Shown here: positions 13,125 through 23,726 of the stretch, in pieces | Layout: each line of letters starts with the position of its first letter | Position numbering within the stretch: position 1 is the first letter of the stretch | Source: Heterodontus francisci | Lineage: Eukaryota | Length of the DNA: 64,000 nt | Direction: 5' to 3' | Assembly (NCBI RefSeq): GCF_036365525.1 | Contig: NC_090412.1 | Location: 8,288,123-8,352,122 of the forward strand | Notes under the pieces: model-generated | Told to the model about the DNA's origin: nothing | Seen by the model: only the letters and a program-made list of their open reading frames with translations | Database searches by the model: none | Translations under genes and position numbers: made by a program

Positions 13125-13282
13125 TCAGGAAATGGCGGGAACTGCACTGCCATCCATCCCAGGTTTCTGGCAGAACCGTCTCTTACAGATGACCCCTGAC
13201 ACAACAATGCCATACATCAGACTGAACAAGGTGATGCTCAGGTACGAGAAAGCTGCCACCTTTAATCCATGGAAAGTATGGG
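13125..13282 (-). CDS. Transmembrane + cytoplasmic exon: (A)HTFHGLKVAAFSYLSITLFSLMYGIVVSGVICKRRFCQKPGMDGSAVPAIS*
   Basis: Strong acceptor ttcattctctttccacag|CC. About 24-aa hydrophobic helix with antigen-receptor (CART-like) spacing Y-x6-S-x2-Y-x3-V-S, followed by KRR stop-transfer and TGA at 13125-13127. Confidence 0.85.
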
Positions 13283-16200
13283 CTGTGGAAAGAGAATGAA
13301 ATAGAAATGAGACACTCAGCAGTGGACTGCAAACGCCTTCCAAAGCAAGAAGATGTAAGGCAAAGCCCATGTCTTACAGAAAACTAGAGTCCACAGCTGG
13401 AACCGATCTACAACAGAACCTTGGTTATCTTCACCACGCCCTTCGTTATGCCATGCCCGAATATCTGCTAAAAGGGTTAATTTATGAGGTCAGTTTGCAT
13501 AGACTGAGCTTGTAATTCTTTGAGTATAGAAGATTAATCAACTCTCCAGCTCTCCAACTCTCTGAGATCTTGTGCATCCCTAACTTCCTTCACCCCACCA
13601 ATAGCAGTCGTACCTTCAGCCACCTGGGCCCTAAGCTCTGGAATTTCCTCCCTAAACCTTTCCACCTCTTCATCTCCATTAAGAGGCTCCTTAAAACCGA
13701 TCTCTTTGACCAAGCTTTTGTGTTTCCTTATTTGGCTCGGTGTCAATTTTCCTCCGATTACACTCCCATGAAGCATCTGGAAACATTTTACTTAATTAAA
13801 GGCACTATATAAATGCAAATTGTTGTTGATTTGAGCTGTTTATTTAGAGAAATAAACCTTAAAATAAAACAAAAGCTCCTTTACCTGAAGGAGAGCCCAG
13901 CATGCTGCTTCCTGCTGTTCCAACAGATACGGAACTCGGATATTTGCACTTCTTCAAATCTGTGAAGGGTTTTGTAAAATGGAGCAATGATTAAAGAAAT
14001 ATTCCATTCCTTTTTACAGAGTCTGCTGCACAAAGAACAAATGGCTGAATCAGTCTATATTCAAATATATATTTTGTACATCTCCTAGATGTAGATATTG
14101 TCATATATGGAGTTAGGTTCTAGATCAGCCCAGGCTAATGTTGGTGGAATTTAACTTCAATTCATTCATCCAAAAAAAGTTGGAATTGAAAGCTAGCCTC
14201 AGTAATGGTGCCATGAAACTATCGTCAATTGTTGTAAAAACCCATCTGGTTCACTAACGTCCTTTAGGGAAGGAAATCTGCTGTCCTTACCTGGTCTGGC
14301 CTACATGTGACTCCAGACCCATATCAATGTGGTTGACTCTTAACTGCCCTCTGAAATGGCCTAGCAAACCACTCAGTTGTCAAGGGCAATTAGGGATGGG
14401 CAACAAATGCTGGCTTTGCCAGTGATGCCCACATCCCATGAAAGAATTTTTTAAAACTCACTGAACAGGGAACAGGCTCGAGGGCCTCCTCCTGTTCCTA
14501 TGTTCCATGCAAAAAGTTGATGGCGTGTGAGTTGACAAATCACTTCCCATGTCTAAACAGTGTGAGGCAGCAGAACAGCAAACTGGTTGTGTTGTCAAAG
14601 CAATTGAGTTGAAACCCTCCGTTGCTGGAGTCTTTCAGAGCTCTGGACAGGCTGCACCTGGAGCACTGGCTTCAGTTCTGGTCACCACAACACTGAGGCG
14701 GGGCATCATTCATACCCTAAACAGCACAAAGAGCTACAAGAGAGTGATGAGAATGTGGAACTCACTACCAGAGGGATTGATTGACGCAAATAGTATAGAT
14801 ACATTTAAGTGGAAGCTAGATGAGTTTATGAGGAAGCAGGGGATTGAGGGTTATGCTAATAGATGAGGAAGGATGGGAGGAGGCTCGAGTGGAGCATTAA
14901 CACTGATAAGAACAAGAACATTAGAAATAGGAGCAAGAGTAGACCATTTGGCCCATCAAGCCTGCTCTTATTCAATACGATCATGGCTAATTTTAGGCTT
15001 CAACTCCACTTTCCCTCTTGCTCGCCATATTCCTTGATTCCCTGAGACACCAAAAATCTATCCGAGCCTTAAATATATTCAACGATGGAGCATCCACAAC
15101 CCTTTGGGGTAGAGAATTACCTGGAGTATTGCGTGCAGTTCTGGTCACCGCATTATAGGAAGGACGTGGAAGCTATGGAAAGGGTGCAGAGGAGATTTAC
15201 TAGGAGGCTGCCTGGTATGGAGGGAAGGTCTTACAAGGAAAGGCTGAGGGACTTGAGGTTGTTTTCGTTGGAGAGAAGGAGGAGGAGAGGTGACTTAATA
15301 GAGACATATAAGATAATCAGAGGGTTAGATAGGGTGGATAGTGAGAGTCTTTTTCCTCGGATGGTGATGGCAAACACGAGGGGACATAGCTTTAAGTTGA
15401 GGGGTGATAGATATAGGACAGATGTCAGAGGTAGTTTCTTTACTCAGAGAGTAGTAGGGGCGTGGAACGCCCTCCCTGCAACAGTAGTAGACTCGCCAAC
15501 TTTAAGGGCATTTAAGTGGTCATTGGATAGACATATGGATGAAAATGGAATAGTGTAGGTCAGATGGTTTCACAGGTCGGCGCAACATCGAGGGCCGAAG
15601 GGCCTGTACTGCGCTGTAATGTTCTAAAAAATTCTAATCTAATCTAAAGAATTCCAAAGATTCACAACCCTTTGAGTGAAGTAATTTCTTCTCATTTCAG
15701 TCCTAAATAATTGGCCCCTTGTCCTGAGACCGTGCCCCCGTGTTTTAGATTCCCCAGCCAGGGGAAACAACCTCCCAGTGTCTACCCTATCCATCCCCTT
15801 CAGAAGCTTATACATTTTAGACATAGACATAGAAAATAGAAGCCGGAGTAGGCCATTTGACCCTTCGGGCCTGCTCCGCCATTGAAAAAAGATCATGGCT
15901 GATGGTCTAATTCAGTACCCTGTACCCACTTTCTCCCCATATCCCTTGATCCCTTTGGCATTAAGAAATATACGCATCTCCTTCTTGAATATATTAAATG
16001 ACTTGGCCTCCACTTCCTTCTGCGGTAGAGAATTCCACAGGTTCACCACCCTCCAAGTGAAGAAATTTCTCATCTCGGTTCTAAATGGCATACCCCGTAT
16101 CCTGAGACTGTGACCCCTGGTTCTGGATTCCCCAGCCATCGGGAACATCCTCCCTGCATCTAGCCTGTCTAGTCCTATTAGAATTTTATAGGGTTCTATG

Positions 16201-19200
16201 AGATCCCCTTGCATTCTTCTAAACTCTAGTGAATATAGGCTTAGTCGACCCAATCTCTCCTCATGCATCAATCCTGCCATCCCATGAATCAGCCTAGTAA
16301 ATCTTCTTTGCACTCCCTCCATGGCAAGAATAGCCTTCCTCAGATAAGGAGACCAAAACTGCACACAATACTCCAGGTGTGGTCTCACCAAGGCCCTGCA
16401 TAACTGCAGTAAGACATCCTTGCTCCTGTACTCAAATCCTCTTGCATTAGAGACAATTTCATAACATTGCCTCTCATTCTTCTAAACTCCAGAGAGTATA
16501 GGCCCAATTTACTCAGTCTCTCATCATAAGATAGCCCTGTCATCCCAGGGACCAATTTAGTGAACCTTCACTTTACCGCCTCCAATGCAAGTGTATCCTT
16601 TCTTAAATGTGGAGATCAAAACTGTACACAGTATTCCAGATGTGGTTAGGCCTGTTTCTGTGCTATATATTCTATGTAATTTTACGTAAATTGGTAATTG
16701 GGAAGGAAGGGGACTGCTCACCACTTTTGAGGCCACCTATTTTCATATCTATTTTCATACCTCTTTTCATATCTCCGCTCTCATGCTGCAGAATGCACGT
16801 GAAGCTGGCCTCACTGTTCCATTCCTCCGCCGTGACAGTCAATGAGCTGACCGTGCTAAATGTCCCTTCTCCCTGTGCAGGAGCCGGTTGACTTGTGACC
16901 GCCTCCGATCGCCTGTTGTCGTTCACCTTCCAGGTCACTCGAATTGGTTCTGGGTTAAAACCCATCGCCAGGCAGACCAGTGTAGCTGTGTTGCTAGTTG
17001 CCAGCTCCTTCTCCAAGGGTTCAAACATGAACAACTTTGGAGAGGAAACACGTGGCTGTCCCTCTTTTTGAGAAAGGAATGGCAGGGAGGAATAACAACA
17101 ATACAGATTAATGACAAAGCTACCCGCACTTTCACAGTGCTCAGAATTAAATTAAAAATCAGGAATTCTTTGAATTCATCGTTACAAATATAAAGTGATC
17201 AATGTAGAAAATCGCTCAAATAATTCATTTGGCTCAACAGGACTATTAAATATTTAAAATGAGCAGGTAAGTGCATTAATCAAATCGGGATGATTTTAAA
17301 AATTCAAACAAGGAAACATTGGCATGCAATGATAATATGAAATATTGAAAATCTTGCTTACCTGACACTATGAGCTGAGTTCCACTACCAAATATATAAG
17401 ACTCCTCAGACCCACAGTGATACAGAGCTGGATAATAATGACAGTATGCAGCACTCACTCCCTGATGGCTTAAGGACAAATGAGATAGCACCATGTCGCC
17501 TCTACAATAAATCCGATTAACTCCTGACATTTACACTTGACGAAGATTGTCAAAGTTTCCATTCTTGCCTCAGTTGGTAGCCAGTAGGCTGTGGGTTCAA
17601 GTCCCACTCCAGGACTTGAGCAGAGAATCCAGGCTGACACTTCATTGCAGTACTGAGGGAGGTGCTGCACTGTCGGAGGTGCTATCTTTCGGATAAGATG
17701 TTAAACCAAGGCCGCGGGTGCCTGTTCAGGTGGATGCAAAAGATCCCATGGCATTATTTTTGATGGAGAACTCTGCTGCACTCAGTGTCCTGACCAATTT
17801 GACTCACTGAATCAACACTACCAAAAAATGAAGAGATTATCTGGTCATTCATTTATTTGCTCTTTGTGGGATCTTGCTGTGTGCAATGTGGCTGTTACGT
17901 TTGCCTACTAAATGGAGACTGCACTTCAAAAGTAATCTGTTAGCTGTAAGGCAGTTTGGTATGTCCTTAAGACATGGAAGGCTACTTATTTATATTCGTT
18001 AAGTATTCAGTAAATCTTTCTTATCTCAGAAACGCTAACTGTATTCATCACTGAGGGGTCTAAGTGTGGATGAATGGCATGTATAATTAGCACTCCAGGT
18101 CAGGAAACTCTGCAAACTACTGGCTAATTAAAGGCACCACCTGCGAACTCCAAACTCTACAACAAAACCAAAAAGAAAAATAATTTCCCTCAGGAAGAAT
18201 TCAGAGCTCAACGGCCAGCAAATCAGAATCACTCTCATTGCTTCGCCAATGTTCTCTAGTCATAATGAACATTGCAACAAGTTATGTGTGGAATAATGGT
18301 CCCTCTAGAAATCAGGAAAGAAATTGCACTGATTTTTATTAGACTGATTTGCCCCCACCCTGCGATCATGGGGATAATCAACAACAGTTCCCATTATATT
18401 AAAAAGATAGATTGTAATGTCTCTCACATGTGTTTCACGTACAATGAATTTGTTGGGAGTGCAGCATTTGCTGTTATGTAGATTTCAGTGTGTTTCTTGT
18501 TGGAATCTGAGACCAAGAAGGCACTATATTCCAACTGGAGTTATACTGGATTAGCACTGAAGCTACCAGGAGTAAAACTACAGCCGGCGAATGTTATCCT
18601 GTCCCATGCAAGGTCAGTTTGTAAATCACTCCAAGTGACGATTCATGCTGGGAAAGGTGTGGAGGTTCTTGTATGATAGAGCTGAGTGCCAGTACCACTG
18701 TGAGACACAGCAGCACAGAAATACATGCCCGAGTCTGCCTTGGTGACCCGCTGAATACTCAGTTGGCATGTATGATTTTTTAAAGTTATGGAGGATTGGT
18801 AACGCTCCCCAAATCCTTCCTCATAGTCGGGCTTAGTCTTTCGGTAAGATGTGGTCAACATCAGTTCAGGGGCCATTTTTGGGTACTGACGATACCACTG
18901 AATGTTAAATTTATTCATGGCGGCTCCCTCCATTCGGCATTCGAAGCTGGCTTCTCGACCGTGGCTGATGGAATTCGACGGTTTAGGCTGAATTACAACC
19001 GCTTGGGAGAAAACTCCTGGCAACAAGGAAGCAGCATTAATTATCCCAAGTCCAGGCTCATTATTTAATGAATGTTCATCACTCCAACATTAACCCTGCT
19101 TTTCACATTTACCAAGGAGGATCAAACTCCTGCTGAATAATCCTGCGGACGGGCTTTAGTTGCAAAAACATTGCACCTTAAAAATTACACCGTAATAGAT

Positions 19201-20607
19201 CATTCACAGCACTACTGTCTGTGGGATCTTGCTATGCATTATAGTCATAGCATTTGAAAATACTTCATTGTCTGTGAAGCACTTTAAGATTAGTTCCGAG
19301 GGCAGTGATAAGGTGCTACTTAGATCCAAAGCTTCCTTTAATTTCAAATGACTCCTAACAGGCATTCCCGATGGGATGGAATTTTTAGAATCACATCGGC
19401 ATTGGATTTGTGACCGTTTCATGTTGGTTGTACAATGGAAATTTAAAGAAGAGAAAGGACTGCAAAAAATCCAAGAAGGATTGGCGATTGGAAATGATTT
19501 CGAACTGAGCCACGAGGGGAGAATTCAAATGGTACAAGAACCAGCTGGGCAGCATCTCATACTGCATGAGATCTCACCAGGGTTCTGGGAGGCAGCCTAC
19601 CTGACAAGTGACTACATAGGAGCTTTATATTAATAAATATTAGGGTGATAAATGACATGTGTATACAGGCCTCGATGATACATCAAGATCACAGCACGCA
19701 GAGATGCTTGACAGTAATGTGCCATTTTTAAGATGTGAACTTGAAATGTTTTAAAGAAATAAACCATGTCCACTATCTGTATATACAAAGAGATCGAATC
19801 TCTATACTAGAAGTGTAAATTGATATGCAGATAAGAAACAAATTTATATAACAATTATTTTACATTCATCAGTTCACAAAACATATGCTGTATCAGTGCA
19901 GTGGGAGTGCAGAGAATTAACAATCACTAAAACAACAAAGAATACATGGTGGAGTAAACTGGGGTGAATCAGTCCAGACCAGCTCAGTCCAGTCCAGTCC
20001 AATCTGGTCCAATCCAGTGAAAAAGTCCTGATCGAAATCAGCAGGCTTTTCCCAATTAGTTTTCTTTCAATGTGCTAAATATCGAATGTTGCTTCTATCG
20101 GGTGTGATAGAACAGTCAGTCGAAAGCTGGGATCTCAAGTCCACAGGCGCACATACTGAGTTAACACACTCAAACATTGCTGGCATTCTGTAATTTAGGT
20201 TTACCTGCTGTTATCTGTGCAGACACACACACATACATGCATTTTACTGTAAAAGTCCTCTGTATGTGTGTGTCTGCATATCTTTACCTACCTTGAAATT
20301 TCAAACCAAGTATAGTTTACTGAGAAGCAGATTATTTTCGAATCGATAATTCTATCTGCGTCTACTGACAGCAATCACTTCTTTGTGCCTGAAAAGCTAC
20401 AATCCTCACGCCAGTAGATTTATCATGAGCAAACTGCAACTCGTGGAATCCCAGACAGACCCAGCACTGAGTGACAGGAGCATTGCCAGTTGCACTCAAC
20501 GTTTCACCACTTTACAAAGTCAGAGCTTGCGAGATGCACAAGTGGAGAGAATTTAACAAGCACTCACCAGTTAGATGGGTCAAGAGCTGGAAAATGAGTG
20601 GCAGCAT
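13125..20607 (-). CDS. Orphan RAG-type rearranging antigen-receptor-like gene (L-V-[23RSS]..[12RSS]-J-C1-CP-TM/CYT), about 326 aa after an in-frame V-J join
   Basis: Six segments with GT-AG boundaries, all introns phase 1, no stops: 20607-20568, 19016-18703, 17412-17362, 17063-16722, 13959-13885, 13282-13125. Canonical Ig V and C1 motifs, FGxG J, complementary 23/12 RSS pair. Confidence 0.9.
13885..13959 (-). CDS. Connecting-peptide/hinge exon with a single Cys: (D)LKKCKYPSSVSVGTAGSSMLGSPS
   Basis: 75-nt phase1-phase1 exon, cccttcacag|AT ... TCAG|GTAAAG. Cys positioned like the TCR interchain disulfide Cys. Confidence 0.75.
14140..14445 (+). mobile_element. tRNA-derived shark SINE (related copies at about 22945-23360 + and 36595-36975 -)
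   Basis: Shared core aaaaacccatctggttcactaa..ccttacctggtctggcc..gactccagaccc in three places. Confidence 0.7.
14740..16645. mobile_element. Nested cluster of CR1 3' fragments in the C-CP intron
   Basis: CR1 C-terminal ORFs on + (15118-15558) and - (15639-15896, 15912-16391) interrupting one another. Confidence 0.85.
16722..17063 (-). CDS. C1-set constant exon
   Basis: ctttctcaaaaag|AG GGA CAG. (E)GQPRVSSPKLFMFEPLEKELATSNTATLVCLAMGFNPEPIRVTWKVNDNRRSEAVTSQPAPAQGEGTFSTVSSLTVTAEEWNSEASFTCILQHESGDMKRGMKIDMKIGGLKS. ATLVCL..GFxP, W and FTCxxxH motifs. 342 nt, donor G|GTGAGC. Confidence 0.93.
17362..17412 (-). CDS. J gene segment (G)SEESYIFGSGTQLIVS(G)
   Basis: FGxG-T-x-L-x-V motif, preceded by a heptamer and followed by a phase-1 donor TCAG|GTAAGC. 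Confidence 0.93.
17413..17440 (+). promoter_or_regulatory. J recombination signal sequence, 12-bp spacer, degenerate nonamer
   Basis: CACAGTG (17413-17419) + ATACAGAGCTGG (12 nt) + ATAATAATG (5/9 to consensus), facing the V RSS (deletional orientation). Confidence 0.8.
17560..17985 (+). mobile_element. DeuSINE/SacSINE-type SINE between V and J
   Basis: tRNA-like head ggttcaagtcccactccag, Deu-like core, cttcaaaagta tail. Confidence 0.75.
18664..18702 (-). promoter_or_regulatory. V recombination signal sequence, 23-bp spacer
   Basis: Minus strand CACAGTG + GTACTGGCACTCAGCTCTATCAT (23 nt) + ACAAGAACC (8/9 to ACAAAAACC), abutting the V coding end. Confidence 0.95.
18703..19016 (-). CDS. V gene segment (Ig/TCR V-set domain, L2+V exon)
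   Basis: Acceptor cttccttgttgccag|GA. (G)VFSQAVVIQPKPSNSISHGREASFECRMEGAAMNKFNIQWYRQYPKMAPELMLTTSYRKTKPDYEEGFGERYQSSITLKNHTCQLSIQRVTKADSGMYFCAAVS. B-strand Cys, WYRQ and DSGMYFC present; ends directly at the heptamer. Confidence 0.95.
20568..20607 (-). CDS. Leader exon (L1) of the antigen-receptor-like gene: MLPLIFQLLTHLT(G)
   Basis: ATG at 20607, 40-nt hydrophobic exon ending G|GTGAGT (phase 1). Splices to GA-GTT-TTC-TCC to give the typical split leader ...LTGVFS|QAVV. Confidence 0.8.
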
Positions 20608-23600
20608 GTTTCTCTACCTTGTGCCTGGGCTGTTTTTTGGGGTCTGATCGATTCTGGTGACTCACTGGTCCAGCATTCACTGGGCTGTGCTGGAAATGAA
20701 CTGCACTGTGTTTGCTGTGTATGAGTGGGTGGGTGTATGTGGGAGGAGCCTCTCAAAGACCAGGCGAGTCTCTGCTGCATCTCCATTGTGACAGTGGCTC
20801 ACAGGGTTTGTGTCTCTGAGGTTTGATATTTTTAAGTTTGAAATGACTAAGTGATGAAACCACTAGAAAGGTACATTTCTTTCCATGCTTAGCTCGTGAA
20901 CTCGTAGCTTTTAAAGAGCACAGAATCTTCATTCAGACTGTGGTTAGACTGAGTAACTGCCAGACCAGTAATTGCAGATGGTCATGCCCAAGTTATACTG
21001 CAGGCTATGCCTCTGAGGAAATAATTCTGTGCAAGTGTGTTCACATACGGTCAAAGAGCTACACTTACACCCCACAGCAGCTATTTGTGTGAAGATGCAT
21101 TTAAGGGGAAGCTAGATAAGCACATGAGGAAGAATGGAATAGACAGATATGTTACATAGAGGGGTGGGAGGAGGTTCATATGGAGCATAAACACTGGCAT
21201 GGACCAGATGGGCCGAATGGCCTGATTCTGTGCTGTAAGCACCATGTAGACACTACGGAGGCACTATAAATGCTCTGGCCTCGATACCTACTAGAGGAGG
21301 AGTGGGGTTCAGTTTTGGCTGTAACTCTTCCTTTGCTGTTCAGTGCTTTTGGAAACTGTGTTTATGAACAGATGACGTGTTGTCAAACTGATGGTTATGT
21401 TTATCTCCACCGTCGATCAGCCTTCACAGCTCTGCTCGCTCTCTGCCACTTGCTTGCCTGCTGCTTCTGAGTAAGTGTGCCACTGAAACAATCACCCACA
21501 AACACAGATCTGAGGTTCAGATAGGTTACTGTCTCTCCATTAGCCAGAACAACAGTGGAAGCTGTTTTCTCCTGTGCTAATGCTTTTTTCCTGCAAACAC
21601 TGGTTGCATGTTAAAGATCCGAGGATCCTGTTTGGAGAGGGCCACACAGATACCCCAGTGTCCAGACTAAAGTTCCTCCCTCAAATATACTTCATGTAAC
21701 TTCTTGGATGTAAAACTCTTTGAAATGCTGCTAAGAGGCAATGATAGGTGCTTACATAAATGCAAGTTTTTCTTTCTCAATATTAAGTGGCTGCTTCAAA
21801 TTTAAGTCATAACATCTGATGGATCCTAAAACAGATAACACCAGTTTCAGCTCCGAAGGAGCGTGAGGTTACCCTACCAAAGCATCCTTACACTAATTGA
21901 CAGGTTTAGATTTGACACACAGCCTTACTGTGACATCTGACCATTGTCAATCAGAAACCACTTCACAATGGTAGAAGGAGTGGGATAACTGAAGTCTGAA
22001 AACGCCCTGACCAAGCTGTCCTTGCACATTGCCTCATACAGCAACAAGTTTCATTTACTTAGCATCTCTAATGTAGAAAAATATCCCAATGCGCTTCACA
22101 AGACTATCAGCAGACAAAGCAAAGCAGGAGATATTGAGAGGGGGTGATCAAAAGCTTGGGCAAAGAGAGAAATTTTATGGAGGGTCTTAAAGGCGGACTG
22201 GGAGGTTGAGAGTTGGAAGGGTTTAGGGAGGGAATTCCAGAGCTTGAACTAGACACTTGAAGTCAGACTGCTAATGACATGGAAAAGGGAGTGGGGGTAA
22301 TGGGAGTAAGAGGGAGCTTGCAACAGTGGGGGCGGTGGGGGGGGGGGATGTGTTGTAGGCTATAGAGATAGGGAGGGGTGAAGCCAGGGAGAGATTTAAA
22401 CATAAGGATGAGAGTTTTAAACTGGAACTGTTGTGGGACCAGCAATGGCAGAGATTAGGATCTTGGCCAGGTAGAAGATGGAGACTTATAGCTAGGAGAA
22501 AAAATAAAATACATTAGGAGAGAGTTTCCACCAGTTGGTGCTGGTTTTATCAGCACAATTCAGCTGAGATCAGCCTGGCCAGCGCTAAAGATTGCAGAAA
22601 TGTAAAGGCAACTTACGTCAAAGCGCAAATCACGCCTCTGTGATCTTTTACGCTGGTTTCCAAAACAGCCCTGCTCACAAAACTGGCCCCGTCCCAGATC
22701 GAAATAATGAGGATGGAAAGTTTCCACTGACTGTGCCCTCAAGGAGGTACTTCAAATTGAGCTGATATCTTTGAGTTAGGCCTGTTTTAAAAGCTTTTAC
22801 ATATTAAAAAATATTTAATTTACTCAGGAACTGATTCGCGTCCATCACTGAAACTAGTAAATGGTTCAGTATAGTTTTTTTTTTGAAGTAATTTTCAGTG
22901 ATTTAACATCAGGTTACTCACACACACAGAACGAGATGCCCTGAGCAAGGTACAGTAACAGAGAAGTTATGTTACTAGACCTAGTAATCCAGAGACCTTG
23001 ATTAATGATCTGGAGACACGAGTTCAAATCCCAATATGACAGCTGGGGAATTTGAATTCAATGAATTAAATAAATCTGAAATAAAAAGCTAGCATCAATA
23101 ATAGTGATCATGAAATACTGGATTGTTGTAAAAACCCATCTGATTCATTAGCGTCCTTCAGGGAAGGAAATCTTCCATTCTTACCTGGTCTGGCCTATAT
23201 GGGAGGACTCCAGACCCACAGCAATGCGGTTGACTCTTAAATACCCTCTGAAATGGTTTATCAAGCAACTCAATTGTATTCAAGAAGGCAGTTCACTGCC
23301 ACCTTCTCAAGGGCAATAAATACTAGCCTTGCTGGTGATGCACACATCTGGTGAACGAATAAAAAAGGCACCCTAGTTAAAAATGATTTTTTTTTGTATG
23401 ATAAGCCCATTTTCAGTGGTATTAACAAAACTACACCAGTTTACCACTCTTAAATACATTAAATATCTTTTAATACATAGAAAATGTAAATGATTACATT
23501 CTATTACATTGCCCATTGGAGCTGATTAATGGAAGATTGTGCTGGTTACGGGTGTGATTAAGCAAACGAGTTTGGGTGGAAACCTGAAGCCATCACTTTG

Positions 23601-23720
23601 GAAAAACAGCACAATTTGTGCTCAGTTTCCTGATTGTGTCATTAGCCGAAACTCTACCCCATTAGAGATAACTCCCTCCCAAAGGATGATGCAAGCTCTT
23701 GACTTTAAATGCAACATTTG

Positions 23721-23726
23721 TTTATT
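23721..23726 (-). terminator. Candidate PSD polyadenylation signal (AATAAA; a second one at 23781-23786)
   Basis: tttatt on the + strand in an AT-rich block about 3.1 kb downstream of the PSD stop. Confidence 0.45.

Noticed and set aside
16672-16721. Secretory tail by read-through of the C exon (GEQSPSFPITNLRKIT*)
   Set aside because: A consensus donor is present, and there is no Cys tailpiece or nearby polyA signal. The sequence runs into CR1 debris.
17441-18663. D segment between V and J
   Set aside because: Only partial heptamer-like words (cactgag at 18049, SINE-derived cactgtc) without correctly spaced nonamers. V23/J12 is already 12/23-compatible.
13125-20607. Calling the gene TCRbeta, TCRgamma or an ordinary IgL cluster
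   Set aside because: No D, single V/J and no TM lysine argue against a TCR. Hinge and TM exons plus the missing terminal Cys argue against IgL. A formal phylogeny is still required.
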